64,000 bases of DNA from contig JAHRHZ010000218.1 in the NCBI GenBank assembly GCA_024137785.1, positions 10,005,624 through 10,069,623 on the forward strand, in the 5' to 3' direction. Positions 39,051 to 52,158 of the stretch are shown piece after piece. Made by a program: the position numbers and the translations under genes. Each line of letters starts with the position of its first letter. Within the stretch, counting starts at the first letter, position 1. The notes beneath the pieces were generated by a model that was given only the letters and a program-made list of their open reading frames with translations, searched no databases and was not told where the DNA came from. This DNA comes from Ginglymostoma cirratum. Taxonomy: Eukaryota.

Positions 39051-39609
39051 CATAGTTCTTACCCTTCATGCCCACCTCACTTTCCGAGGGTAGAATATAA
39101 TTTACAAAGTCAATAATTGCAGTTCCAGAAAGACGGATTGGGCTGTGAACAGTTAATTTGGAATAATACTGAGTTTGTTATTTTCAATGAGATAACTAGA
39201 GGTGATATATATATAAAAATGCCAGAGAAACTAAAGAAGAACGTATCTCTAGGCCAAAGGCTACGTTGATTCCAGAGGAAGGTGTTTTCCTTCTGGCAGG
39301 GCAAGTGGAGGAAGCAGGAGGTGCAGATGAACGGAGCACCATTTGGAGATGGCAGGGTCAGGATGATGAAAGATTCTCACAGTAGTACAGCTCAACACTG
39401 GCAATTAATTTTACTTTGCAGTAGGCAGTTATTTTGATAATATTGAATGAGTGCCATTAGAGCCCTGGTAATACATGCAGTCCTTATGGACCTATTGCTA
39501 CCTTCCCATGCTCAATTTGCTACCGCCAACCTAGAGACTAAAGATTGTTGCCTACTATTGATGAGAGTTTCCTATATTACCTACAAAATCAGATGTCAGT
39601 CAAGTGTGT

Positions 39610-40884
39610 AGAGTTGGCAGAGAGACAGACCCTTCAGTCCAACTCGTCCATGCTGACCAAGTTCCCCAAACTAAATTAGTCCCATTTGCTTGCTTTTGTC
39701 CCATATCCCTCTAAACATTTCCTATTCCTGTACCTGTCCGAATGTCTTCTAAATGTTCTAACTGTACCTGCATCCGTCACTTCTTCAGGCAGTTTATTCT
39801 ACATATGAACCACCCACTGTGTGGAAAAAGTTGCCCCTCAGGTCCCTTTTAGTTCTTTCTCCACTCCCGTTTAAAATATGTCCTGTAGTTTTGAAGTGCC
39901 CAACCCTAGAGAAAAGACCTCTGCTGTTCACCTTATCTATGCCCCTCATGATTTTATAAACCTCTATAAGGTCACCCCTCAACCTCCTACAGTCCAGTGA
40001 AAAAGGTCCCAGTCTATGCTTATAACTCAAACCATCCAGTCCCAGCAACAACCCTTGTAAATTTTTTTTCTGAATCCTCTTCTAATATCCTTCCTATCAC
40101 AGGGCAACTAGAACTGTATACAGTACTCCAAAAGGCCTCACCAATGTCCTGTACAAATGTAATATGATGCCCCAACTCCTACACCCAATGATCTGAACAA
40201 TGAAGGCAAGCATGGTAAATACCTTCTTAACCACCCTGTCTACCTGTGATTCAGCTTTCAAAGAACTAATGACCAAAAGATAGATAAGGGCAGAATTGTA
40301 GATATTAGCTATATGGACTTCAGTAAAGCCTGTGGCAAGGTTCAGCATGGTAGACATGTTGGTAAAGTTATATCACATGGAATTCAGGGAGACCTTGCCA
40401 ATTGGATACAAAATTGACTTGATGGTAGGAGACAGAGAGTGTTGGTGGAGAACTGTTTCTCGGACTGAAGACCTGTGGCCAGAGGTGTTTCGCAGGGATT
40501 AGTGCTAGGTCCACGATTGTTTGTCATTTATGTAAATGATTTGGATGAGAATTTAAGAAGGATGGTTAGTAAGTTTGTGGATGACACCAAAATTGGTGGT
40601 TCACTGGACAGTGAAGGTTATCCAAGGTTACAAAGTGATCACGATCAATTGGGCCAGTGGGCTGAGGAGTGGCAGATGAAGTTTAATCTGGATAAATGCA
40701 AGATGTTACATTTTGGTAAGACAAACAAGGGCAAGACTTATACAGTTGATGGTAGGGCCCTGGGTAGTGTTGTTGAAAAGAGAGACCCAGGGGTCAGGTG
40801 TATAGTTCTTTGAAAGCTATGTCGCAGGTGGACAGGGTGGTTGAGAAGACATTTAGCACGCTTGCCTTCATTGCTCAGACCATT
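39610..40884 (-). mobile_element. CR1 LINE with an inverted 5' segment (39610-40270 minus, 40275-40884 plus)
   Basis: Minus ORFs include RRLRGDLIEVYKIMRGIDKV. Plus ORF 40475-40813 reads GVSQGLVLGPRLFVIYVNDLD...SKFVDDTKIGG...WAEEWQMKFNLDKC. Confidence 0.85.
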
Positions 40885-41624
40885 ATTTTATAATCTGATG
40901 AATGTAGGTAGGCCACTGCCCTTCAATGCTATATCCAGTTACCATTTTTACATAATTCAGTATGCCGCAAAATGCGAATCCCTGAAGACAGCAACAGAAA
41001 CTTATGCACTTAGAGTTGTGACGCTTGGAGTAGACCCAGACTATTATAGCTAAGGCAAGTTAATTCATAGTTGACCTTAGTGAAGGGCAGATAATTTATT
41101 TGAATCTATTTTGAAGTGGACAAGCAAACATTGGAGAGAATTAAATGCCCTCAAGCCCTACTTGCTAGTGAGTCTAAGGTGAGGGATGTTTATTCAGGGG
41201 GAGAGTGCAGGATGGAAATACTGCCTCCTTCCCATTCCTGGATTGGGAGGCTCATCCAGATGATAATTGAGGACCTTAGGTGGGCAATTAGTTGTACTTA
41301 TGTACATATTCAATCTTTGTCAGATAGCAGAGTCTTCACACAGAAAATCCAAGAAGCAAATCATTTTTTGTAAGATTTTAGGAGTCTGGAATGCTAAGGG
41401 AATGATCCCTCAATTAGGCACCAACAAGTCCGGTGAAGAAGGACACTGAAAGACACTCCATGTCTTTGCCTTCAACCCCTGTTTGATCAGATACAGGCTC
41501 TTATACATATGGAGCCTGTGGCTAGATGCCTGCTCATGGGCTACTCCGTACAGGGCAAGGTGCAATACATGCTGCTTAACTGTTCTTACTTTTCTCAGGT
41601 GCATCACTTGCATGGCCAAAATTT

Positions 41625-41920
41625 GTTGCACATCCCTAATTGCCTTTGTGTTAATGGCTTGTAATACCATTTCAGAGGATATTTACAAGTCAACCACATT
41701 GCTATGGGCCTGGAGTCAGATGGAGACCAGGTCAGGTGAGGAGGACAGATATCATTCCCAAAATGAAACCGGTGAACTAGATGGTTTTTTAGAACAATTG
41801 ACTGTGGTTTCAAAATGGCTTTATATTGCAGACTTATTAATTTAATTCAAATTCCACTGTCTGTAATGGTGGTGTTAGAATCTCTGTCTCCAGAGCATTA
41901 GTTTAGGCCTCTGGATTCCA
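41625..41920 (-). mobile_element. SINE, same family as 24296-24586
   Basis: gtcaaccacattgctatgggcctggagtcagatg is the reverse complement of catgtgactccagattcacagcaatgtggttga, with mismatches. Confidence 0.65.
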
Positions 41921-42021
41921 GACTTAATTTCAGCAACTCTTCACTAATGATTCTTTAAGCAGTGGGCAAGACCTCTGTTGCAGACATTAAATTCTGCCAA
42001 CTGAATCTATAGCATCTATGT

Positions 42022-42588
42022 TAACAAGCATGGGGCTGGATGAACACAGCAGGTCAAGCAGCATCATAGGAGCAGGAAAACTTGACNNNNNNNNNNNNNN
42101 NNNNNNNNNNNNNNNNNNNNNNNNNNNNNNNNNNNNNNNNNNNNNNNNNNNNNNNNNNNNNNNNNNNNNNNNNNNNNNNNNNNNNNNNNNNNNNNNNNNN
42201 NNNNNNNNNNNNNNNNNNNNNNNNNNNNNNNNNNNNNNNNNNNNNNNNNNNNNNNNNNNNNNNNNNNNNNNNNNNNNNNNNNNNNNNNNNNNNNNNNNNN
42301 NNNNNNNNNNNNNNNNNNNNNNNNNNNNNNNNNNNNNNNNNNNNNNNNNNNNNNNNNNNNNNNNNNNNNNNNNNNNNNNNNNNNNNNNNNNNNNNNNNNN
42401 NNNNNNNNNNNNNNNNNNNNNNNNNNNNNNNNNNNNNNNNNNNNNNNNNNNNNNNNNNNNNNNNNNNNNNNNNNNNNNNNNNNNNNGTCAAGTTTTCCTG
42501 CTCCTATGATGCTGCTTGACCTGCTGTGTTCATCCAGCCCCATGCTTGTTATCTCGGATTCTCCAGCATCTGCAGTACCTTTTATCTC
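42022..42588 (+). mobile_element. Penelope-type family A fold-back element spanning an assembly gap, with a 15-bp TSD
   Basis: TSD ctatagcatctatgt at 42007-42021 and 42589-42603. 42022-42086 is the exact reverse complement of 42487-42551. Confidence 0.88.
42087..42486. other. Assembly gap (400 N)
   Basis: Run of N. Confidence 1.
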
Positions 42589-44209
42589 CTATAGCATCTA
42601 TGTGTAGCACTCCATTTACCCCTCAGGTTTTGTCATGGCAGCTTGTTTTCATCTGTCATTGAAAACATTCTGGCAGTTCAAGGAAGCAAGGCGGAAATTC
42701 CTTCTTCCTCCCCATTCATTCTTCATGGTATAAAATAGAGCCTAAAATCACATGGCTGTGAATATACTCTCCCGGAGACCAATTAACTGAATTATCTACT
42801 ACCAAGGGAAATGAGTATAATGACACAGCAAGACAGCACAGTGATTTATCAGTTCATTGTCCAAGATGTCATTTATGATGCTAATTTACATTTGGAAATA
42901 GGTACCATAACCATGGTATCACTTGGTTAACATGACATAATTCAAGAAGAAATACTTTCCACAATATAAACATGACTCAACATTTTCTGTGACTCAACAT
43001 GTAAAGTCCAGTCAACATTGATTGGGACTACATTACACCACAGCTTAATTCTTCTGATGAGAACAGGAATTCCAGTGCTTATCACGAGCCAACTCAATTC
43101 AGAACTCTAAAGATATTCACTCTCCAAATGTAAATTACAATTGGAAGTACAGCATTTACAACATCTGGAAAAATGTTCCTAATCATTCTGTTTGCTAACT
43201 TCTACAATAACTATTGCCATCATGCATTAAAATGAAGTACTGAAGGTTGAAATCATTGCCAGCATGCATTATGGCAGACCACCAGCAAGAAATTAAGGTG
43301 ATTCAAACCACATTGGATGCTGCTACATGTTAAATGCTGAGAGCTGTAACTTCTTACTGTCATTTTATTCAAGACAAATCACAATTATCCTGTCACCTCA
43401 TTGGTACGTGTACAAAGCATTTTTATGTACGAGCTTACAGTACAACAGTAAATCTACAGATAATGACAAGTAATCGCAGTAAAGGTTGAAATATAAACTA
43501 GGTACCCCGGATTGTTTATACAAGCAGATTCCAGGCAGTTGTTTTATTAAACAGATATAATTGATGAAATCATATGTGCTGTGAGATCTCAGACTTGAAA
43601 CATTTATTAAAATGGTGACTGTTAAAGTTGATATATTCAGGAATAAATGTTCCACCTTTATGTCTTACAATTTAATAAAACGTTAAAACTATTAATAATC
43701 TAATATATAACTGTGATAAGGTCTGGGGTTGAAGTAGGACAATGGTTTTGTGCACTGTCTTCCCACTTCAAAAGACTTAGGTTTCAATCTCATTCAGACA
43801 TATGGGCGAAACAGTTGATTATTCAAATAGATAGCTGTATCCATGAACCATATTTGTGTGAAGCCCAAAGCCACTCGCCCCCATACCACGCCCTCCCTCA
43901 AAAAAATCAGAAATTATGCATTCAGACTCAACACTTCTGATTTGCGAGGTTTTTCATCATTTTTGCAAGGGCAAAGAGGCTGTCATGTCAAAAATGTAGC
44001 TATGTGCTTAGCACTGAATCCAAAGTACATACGGTACTGGCACTGATTCTGTAAAAATAGGAAATGCCCCATTGCAGAGTGCTGATATTCTTTATCTCAA
44101 TGAATGAGCAGTAAGCACAGAATCTGTGCTCTTCTCGGTTGCTTTTGTGTCATCATTGCAATTAAATACTCAGTCGTTCCACCACCATGCACTATAAGAC
44201 ACTGTGCAT

Positions 44210-45515
44210 TTCATTTAAGCAGCAGGACTTCACCAAGGCGCATTTGAAATCACCTCCCAAGCCCATGACTTCTTCCATCTAGAAGGACAAGGTCAGTAAA
44301 CACAAATGAATACCACCATCTGTAAGTTCCCTGCCAAGCCCCACATCATCTTGACCGACAACCATATAGCTGTTCCTTCTCTAATGCTAGGTCAAAGCCC
44401 TGGCGCTCCCTTCCTAACGACCCTGTGAATGTATTTGCGCCACATGAACTGTAGCTGGTCAAGAAGATGGCTCACCACCACCTACTACTAGCATGAATCG
44501 AGGATTGAGTGACTGGCAGAAAGCGGCGAATGGGAATAAAGAGTCCTTTCTCAGAATGGCAGCCAGTGACCTGTGGAGTTCTACATGGGTCACTGCTGGG
44601 TCACAACTATCCACGTCATACATTAATAATCTGGATGAAGGACCTGAGGGCATTGTTGCTGAGTTTACAGATGACACAAAGATAGGTGGAGGGTCAAGTA
44701 ATGTTGAGGAAGTGGGGAGGCTGCAGAAGTACTTCAATAAGCTAGGAGAGTGGGCAAAGAAATGACAGGTGGAATACAGTATGGAAAAGTGTAAGTTTAT
44801 GAACCCTGATAGGAAGCGTAGAGTCATGGAATATTTTCTAAACAGGGAAAGGTTTCAGAAATCTGAAGTACAAAAGGACGAGGAGTCCTAGTTCAGGCTT
44901 GTCTTAAAGTTAAATTGCAGATTCAGTTGGCAGTTTGGAAGGTAAATGCATTGTTCACATTAATTGCGAGAAAGCTAGAATACAGGAGCAGGGGATTTAC
45001 TGCTAAGCCTGTATAAGGCTCTGATCATGCCACGGTTGGAATATTGTGAACAGTTTTGGGCCCTATGTCTAAGGAAGGATGTGCTGGCCTTGGAGGGGTT
45101 CCAGAGAAGGTTTACAAGATTACAAGATTGACCCAAAGGATGAAGGGCTTATCATTATGAGGTGTAGTTGACAACTCTGAGTGTGTACTTGATGGAGTTT
45201 AGAAGGATGGGGGGGTGCTGGTTTCTGATTGAAACTTACAGAATACTAAAGTGCGTGGTTAGAGTGGACATGGAGAGGATGTTTCCACCAGTAGGGGGGA
45301 CTAGGACCCGAGAGCACGACCTCGGAGTGAAAGGACGACTCTTTAGAACAGAGATGAGGAGGAACTCATCGCCACAGAAAACCGTGGAAGCCAAGTCATT
45401 GAGTATATTTAAGACAGATAGACAGGAAAATGTAGTTGAGAAATGTTAACAGCCATGATCGAATGATAGAGCAGACTGAATGTATGATTCTGCTCCTGTA
45501 TCTTCTGGTCTTATC
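44210..45515 (+). mobile_element. LINE 3' fragment (44210-44490) followed by a CR1 RT-to-3' fragment (44495-45515)
   Basis: YINNLDEGPEGIVAEFTDDTKIGG...LGEWAKK and LIETYRILK...MFPPVGGTRTREHDL are CR1 ORF2 segments. Confidence 0.82.
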
Positions 45516-45523
45516 TAGAGCAG

Positions 45524-45764
45524 TTTGAATATTGCTGAAAAAGGAGACATGGCGCTGAAGCGTTTCATCTTTCTTTCATCTGGATTTATCATGGTGATGA
45601 CAAAGTTAATCGGAAATGACTTGCTAACCAATTAGCATCTTTTCCTAACATAGTACAGATTGTTGTAATTGTTTGAAATGTTTTGGCATTCTTGCATTTG
45701 TTCTGATGAGTGCAAAGTGAAAAAGTTTTGGAAATGTGTCTTATTTTGCAACAATGTTCAAGTT
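45524..45764. mobile_element. Old fold-back element (family E) with a degenerate hammerhead-like core
   Basis: The left arm tttgaatattgctgaaaaaggagacat...tttcatctttctttcatctgga is an imperfect reverse complement of ttctgatgagtgcaaagtgaaaaag...atgtgtcttattttgcaacaatgttcaag. Confidence 0.55.
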
Positions 45765-48700
45765 ATGTCGTGAATGGTTTGTTGCAAGATATACCTTGAC
45801 ACATGGCTGAGCTTGAAGAATATTATCTGATATATAATCTAAGAATCTCAATATTGCCTGTATCAGAAAAAATGGCTGTACTGACCCGTGAACAAACCTG
45901 ACTTTACAATTGTACATTCCATTCTTATTTAATATTTTGCAATGCACAGAGTTAGAATTTTGTGAAGTGACTGTGGATGCAAATTGGGAGAATCGTCAAC
46001 AGACCAGAAATGGAGGGCAGAACTCTGATTTGACGAGTTTATACCTCAAATATACTTTGGCCAAAATTAGGATCAGTTTCCTGCTTGTTATCCATGTCTG
46101 TTTCTGGTACCAGGCTACATTTGGTAATGTGTCTCAGGTTATTCTGGACAATCTGCTCCCATTAGATCAATGGAAGACGTGCTTATTGTCGTTGCTTGCC
46201 ATATTGGAATTTTTCAAAGCAAAATTTTTAATGGTCAGAGATAGTGGATTTCAGATAGCAGTAATTACTTTTGAAAGATGACCTTGGTTTCTCTTCAGGG
46301 AGAAATTAAAAATTGACAGTTAGCTATTCAACTCATGAAACCTCATTGCTTTTGCTATCAGACTGATGGAGTGTTATTCCAATTTTTCAGCACTTTATTG
46401 AACTAGACATCTCCGCTGAGCTTCCAGTACATTAGTTATCCAGTCTCGTAACTAAAATGATTCCATTCCAGGGGAATTAGGGATTGTATTAACATTCTCT
46501 CCTCTAGGCAGCTCCCACTTGGACCCATAGCTATTTTTCCAATTTATTGTTCTCTCCCATTTAAATTTTGTCACTCACAATTACGTTTTGCATTTGCAAT
46601 GGGAATTGTTTAATTGTATTTAAAGAATTCGTGGAATGTAGATTTGTCTTGTGTGTATTAACAGGAAATTGACTATCCTGTTCACGTTATAATAATGATT
46701 ATGATTTGTATGAATCATTACTTATGAGAACAGAGAATACAGTTAACCAGGGATTTATATGCCATTATATGTTGTTCACTTTTTGGATATTAGAATTCCA
46801 CATTATTCCTCCCACCATCAGGACAATTTACATATATACAGCATTTTCAATATGAGAAATGCTACAAGCTACATGGAGATGGGTTTCAGGAAAAACTTTA
46901 ATCTTCTTTGTGTGGAAATGGTTCTAACAGCCTGAATGGAGCAATAACACTGACCAATTGTACGTACCTCGTTTACACAGTTGATTAGAATTTTAAAATA
47001 CTCCCACTTACATGAATAGTTTATATACAAGTTATCAGCTTCTCGTTTCTTTTGAAGTAAATGGGAGTTCAAGTTGAGTTCAGGTTAGCGTAACATAGAT
47101 GACAGCAAACTTGCAGACCATTTTACCTTTAGAACACTTGCTTTTCATGAGGTCACTGCAAAGGAAAATTGAATAGGTTATCAAACCAGCACTAATCCCT
47201 CAATCAATAGTTTGATTCCCTGACTGAGTCAAAAAGTGGGCACACTGACAAGATTTTGACTAGATTACTAGTTGAACTCTTGTGACATTGCAATAACAGT
47301 ATCATGGTTGTGTGCAATTTCAGTTTAAGCAGGGTTGAAGGGTGTGTGGGACAACTGGATCAAGCTGGACGAGGTGGACAGAGAAGAAAGGCAGGTGAGG
47401 AGACAATGGTTGGACTGAGAGTGGGGGAAAGTGAACGCATGGAGATTAGAGATGGGGCAGTGGAAAGGAAGGGGTAAACAAAGGAATAAGGTGGGGAGGA
47501 TCAAATGGGAAGGAAAGAGGGATTGCTAGGTGGAAGAATGAGAGGAATAAGAAGGCATTGGCCCAATATTGCCTGGTGTGAGATGTATAGGCTAAAAAGG
47601 GGCATTAACAAGATATAAAGACTGAAGTGTCTTAAAGGGAGGCAAAGTTAGACCAGAAAGGTTATTAGCGACAGAGAGAATAGAAGCGTAAAAGGGACAA
47701 TATCCTTAATCTGGTGGGTGTTTTATATAGCAGAAGAACTGCTTCTACAAATGTTAGCACAAAAGGGTCCAATGTTTCACAAACAAGGGGCAAGGGACAG
47801 GTGTGAAGGACTGGGTTTTTTTTTTCTGAGTTTGGAGATTGATGACAGAGTAAAATAAAGCTCACTTGTTTAGTTCACATAAGCCCTGTATCCTTAAGTT
47901 TCAGAGTAGAAGTTTGGCTCTGGCAGGTTTTGTTTCGAACTTACTATAATATGCTTTATTTTAGGGTTTTTCAACCTCTGACCAAGACCAATATTTTAGT
48001 GACACAATGGGACTCCAAACAGTTTATTAGATGACTAAGAGGGCCTCAGCAGTTCCTCCATTAGTTATAAAATGCCAAATCAAATCATAACCGCAGAATT
48101 TGAGTTTGTTGTTGTGATCGCTGCCTCCTCATGAAGTAGATAATTCAAAACAGAAGAGCCAGAGAAATAGACAGCTGTGTTCTGCCTTTTTCACTACTAT
48201 GGTATGCAGGCAAAACTTTTATGAAATAATTTCCAGAAACATTTGAAACAGTTAAACATTATTTTTTGGCAGCACTGGAGTGTCACAAGTGTAGTGTAGT
48301 GTATTACAGTTTCCACATGAGAAGAGACTGGCACTGGACAGAATTTTCTCTTATCTTCTTTTACTTAAATCTTCCTTTAAATTATTGGAGTGGGGGAATA
48401 GTAGACGATTCTTTTCCATATCAGTACAACATGCAAGAGTGCAATGCAGTATTCCATATCACTGCAGTTAGCATCATTGTATTAGAGCTTGCAAAAAGAA
48501 CGATTTTGCTCCATTCATTTTTTGGTAGGGTGAAGCCATTTATAGGATCTCCAAACAATAGCATTTCTTAAGAATCAAACAGATGGGAGAAACATTATGA
48601 TTAGCTTTACTGTCCTATTTTGTTTTTCTACCAAATTAATATTTTTGTTCCCACTATGAATCGAATTGCTGTAGGTGGGAGCAGAATTAATATTGATAAG

Positions 48701-49537
48701 CATCATTGATCCAAGGTGATATAGCAACCATCACATTTTAAACTTTGTGTTGGTTAATGCAGCTCCATCACATTGTCAACCTGGTAGCTGCTGCTCCAAG
48801 GAAAACTGACTGAAGAAACCTGTAAAGCCAGGAATTCCTCTGGGTACTGAATGTACTAATATTAGAAACTTATTCATGAGGATTTCCTCTTCTTGAACTT
48901 TCTAGTGAAATTGTAAATACATTCTTTTAGAGCAAGTCTGTAATTTTGCTGGAAATGCCAAGCAGATGCATCTATAAAAACCCTATACAGCAACAAGAGC
49001 GATTCCTAACAACTTTGTTTGCTTTTTCAAAATCAGTGAAATTAAGATGAAGAGCCATTAAAGTTAATGATAATTCTTTCCAAGTGTTTAATTTTTTAAA
49101 AGGGTGCTGAGGGTGAGACTAGCGCAAATATTTCCCTGCTTTTCCTGGCAAAGTGCTCAATAAATCACTTTGCCCAACCTATTAGATGTCTTTCGCTGTA
49201 GTCTGTTTTATGCAGTTTAAACAACTTTTACATAGGCCTGGTGTAAGTATAAACATCTTGTTCCTTACACCTCACACATAGCAGCTCAGAGACTGCAAGA
49301 TTCAGTTCTGTGAAGCCACGAGTTGGTGCAGGTTTAGAAAGAAAAATGGAGTTCTCCCCACTTCCAACAAGATTCGCATACAATAGGGTTAGGGTCAGGG
49401 TCAGGATCAGATGTCATATCATTGTGTTAGCGCAGGCTGCAGAGTAGACAGGTTTTAATATCACTCAGCATCTAAAAGTGATTTGACACCCAACCTACCA
49501 TTTTCAACCACTCTAGTTACTCTAATTTAACTGATAC

Positions 49538-49790
49538 TTAACCTATTTTTCTAATCAACCTGCCTCAGAGATGTTATTACGTCTCTGAGCAAGCAAGACG
49601 TGAACCTGGGCCTCCTGATCCAGGAGTAGGGATACTACCACTGTACCACAGGAGGGTCTTTTTTAAAAATTAACCTATTTTTCTAATCAACCTGTTCAGA
49701 AATGTTATTACATACCTCCAGAACAAGTGGAATTTGAACCCAGACCTTCTGGTAGGGGTAGGGATGCTACCACTGCTTCACAAGATGGGA
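49538..49790 (-). repeat. Tandem dimer of a roughly 120-bp tRNA-derived element
   Basis: Two units start ttaacctatttttctaatcaacctg (49538 and 49670). The minus strand has an A-box-like tgtggtacagtggtag and B-box-like ggttcacgtc / ggttcaaattcc. Confidence 0.75.
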
Positions 49791-51850
49791 TGAGAGGATC
49801 CTCATTAACACTTTCTCTCAAATACATGCAGCTGAACATAGGTCAGCAAAAAGACTCCCCCTGGTCCATCCTAATGAAAGGCATAATAATCAAACTTGCA
49901 GGTTATCACTGATTACTTTCCACTGGCACCTTCTGAGTTCATGGACGTACTAAGCATTTGGATAAGTTTATGAAATTCTGTGAAATTTATAGGGTGCGGC
50001 ACTGGAAAATGGGGTAGTGTTGGTTGTATGGCTGCTGAAGAAACCACTTCCTCCTAGTCATGAGGTTCAGGAACAAACTCCCTTGAGAAAAAGCATTGGA
50101 AGGTAATGAAGTAAAGAAAGCAAAGCAGACAAGCTGCTCAATGAGGGAGGTGGAGGAGGGCTGTCAATCCCCTAGGTTTTCAGTGTGAGCTTTTCCTACC
50201 TGCCCCAGAGTCAGGAGCAGTGCCTTCAGCGGCTGCATGCACTTCATCAAGGAGGTGACAACATCTTGACACCACATCTAGAATAATAACAGGGCAAAGA
50301 TTGTAATGCCAGTTGCCTTCAAGGTGTCACCAGCAGTTCCTTCTGGGCTGAAACTGGAGATTTTGGGAACACATTCCTGTTCATCAACCATTGTTGCATC
50401 TGGGCATTCACAGAAATTCTCTCAACAAGGAGTAGGAAATTTGTTTGCATATGACTCAACCATAATAGTACGCAGCCACCCTCTGCTCCAATGACCATCC
50501 CCACCAAGTCACCAAGTTAGCTTTGCCTATTGAGCTTCTGCATAGGATCCAAACAAATTGGAGCAAGCTGTACGAGTTTTTATGCAATTACCATTTCTGT
50601 TGCTTCTTACTCAGTTTTATTTTTGCAACCAGAATGCACCTTATCTTTAAGAGATGTTGTCTGGCTTTAAGATTGCAGATTAGCTTTAAGTGGTGTGAAC
50701 CTTACACAAGCTTGAGCCCTGGCTGATGTTTGCAGCCACTCAGCAGCACATTCAGTGTGGGTTTAGGTGCCACAATCATTTAAATTAATTGGCAGAATAA
50801 AGCTCGTATGGTTTGAATAGGTGCAGGCAGGCTAATCATCCATTACAATTCCCTGTGCTGAGTTTTGGAGCTATCTAATTTCGCTCCAAAAATGTCTTAT
50901 CCTTGTACAAATTTATTTGATGAGATACCTTCATAAATGTAAACTGTGAAATGGAGTACAAATGTAATAAGTGAGTATCAAATAGTTATTAAATGAAAGA
51001 AAATAGTAATTTTTCACATTATTGCGCAAATACAGAATCAATCAGAAAAGCACAAACAATCTGAAGTAAAAACAAAGTGCTGCCAGTAAAGGGACATTCA
51101 ACACCTGATAAAGAAAAATAGGAGAATGTTTTAGGTAGGCTTTTTCACCAGAGACTCATTTTGGAACAACATTTTCTGTTTTTATTTCACTGTGGTAGAG
51201 GATCACTCACAGAAGTTAGCCACTCCACTGCCAGACTGGTCCTGAAGTTGGTCCTGTTCATCAGGATGTGGCTCACTGACTTCTGTTACTAGTGGGACAT
51301 ATTTGTTTGGAATTAACCTCCCTTGATTTATGACAAAAGAAAACGTTGGTTTCTACATTAGGAGCAATATATTCAAGATCAACAATTACAGAAGTTTTTG
51401 TGAGTTTAATGTGGCTGGTTCTGAACATTCAAAGCAATACCTAAGCTTACAAGAATGACAGAAAAAAAGCAATAAAAGTCCAATATGTTAAAAAAAAAAC
51501 AGAGCCATTGGCTCTAACTCATGCTTCACCTGAAATGGTCTTAACGCTAGATACATGCATTCTTCAGTCTTATGTGTGGGAGTAGAAATTTGAGAGTGGG
51601 TTAGATTGGTTCATTTTGGATCAGTTTACAAACACGTGAATTTTGTCCAGCCTATGTTGTTCACATCCAAATTCAACCTTTAAAAAATGTAATGCATGTG
51701 CAAGAAAGACAAAGTGACATTATTTTATGAATTCCAAAGCTTTTACAAAATTACAAGTAATTCAGTTCCTTGTTTTAATGTTTGGAATAATTGTAACAAA
51801 ATCTATCAATAATTGCTGAACCAATCATACTGATTATTTTGCCATTTCAG

Positions 51851-52158
51851 GTGTCTTTGGGAAGCACTGTGAACTGAATAGTTATGGATTTGAAGAACTG
51901 TCTTACATGGAGTTTCCTAGTCTGGACCCAAACAATAATTACATCTATATCAAATTTTCCACTATTAAAGAAAACTCTTTGTTAATGTATAACTACGACA
52001 ATCAGACAGGAAACAAGGCTGAGTTCCTGGCTCTGGAGATAGTAGAAGGCAAGATGAAATTCTCATTCAACCTGGGGAACGGAGCACACAGACTGATGAC
52101 AACTAAGAAGGTCTCTGATGGACAGTTTCACACTGTGGTTGCTAGAAGGGCTGGACTG
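51851..52158 (+). CDS. FAT4: FAT4 coding exon (308 nt, end of EGF repeat and N-terminal part of laminin G-like domain 1), phase 1 to phase 0
   Basis: Acceptor gccatttcag, donor ctg|gtaagt. Translates (G)VFGKHCELNSYGFEELSYMEFPSLDPNNNYIYIKFSTIKENSLLMYNYDNQ...FLALEIVEGKMKFSFNLGNG...VSDGQFHTVVARRAGL. Confidence 0.95.

Noticed and set aside
42018-42543. ORFs of 145-163 aa across the gap
   Set aside because: Artefacts of translating N bases.
47370-47660. Purine-rich tract as a G-quadruplex or triplex element
   Set aside because: G-runs are irregular and widely spaced. It is more likely low-complexity or decayed repeat sequence.
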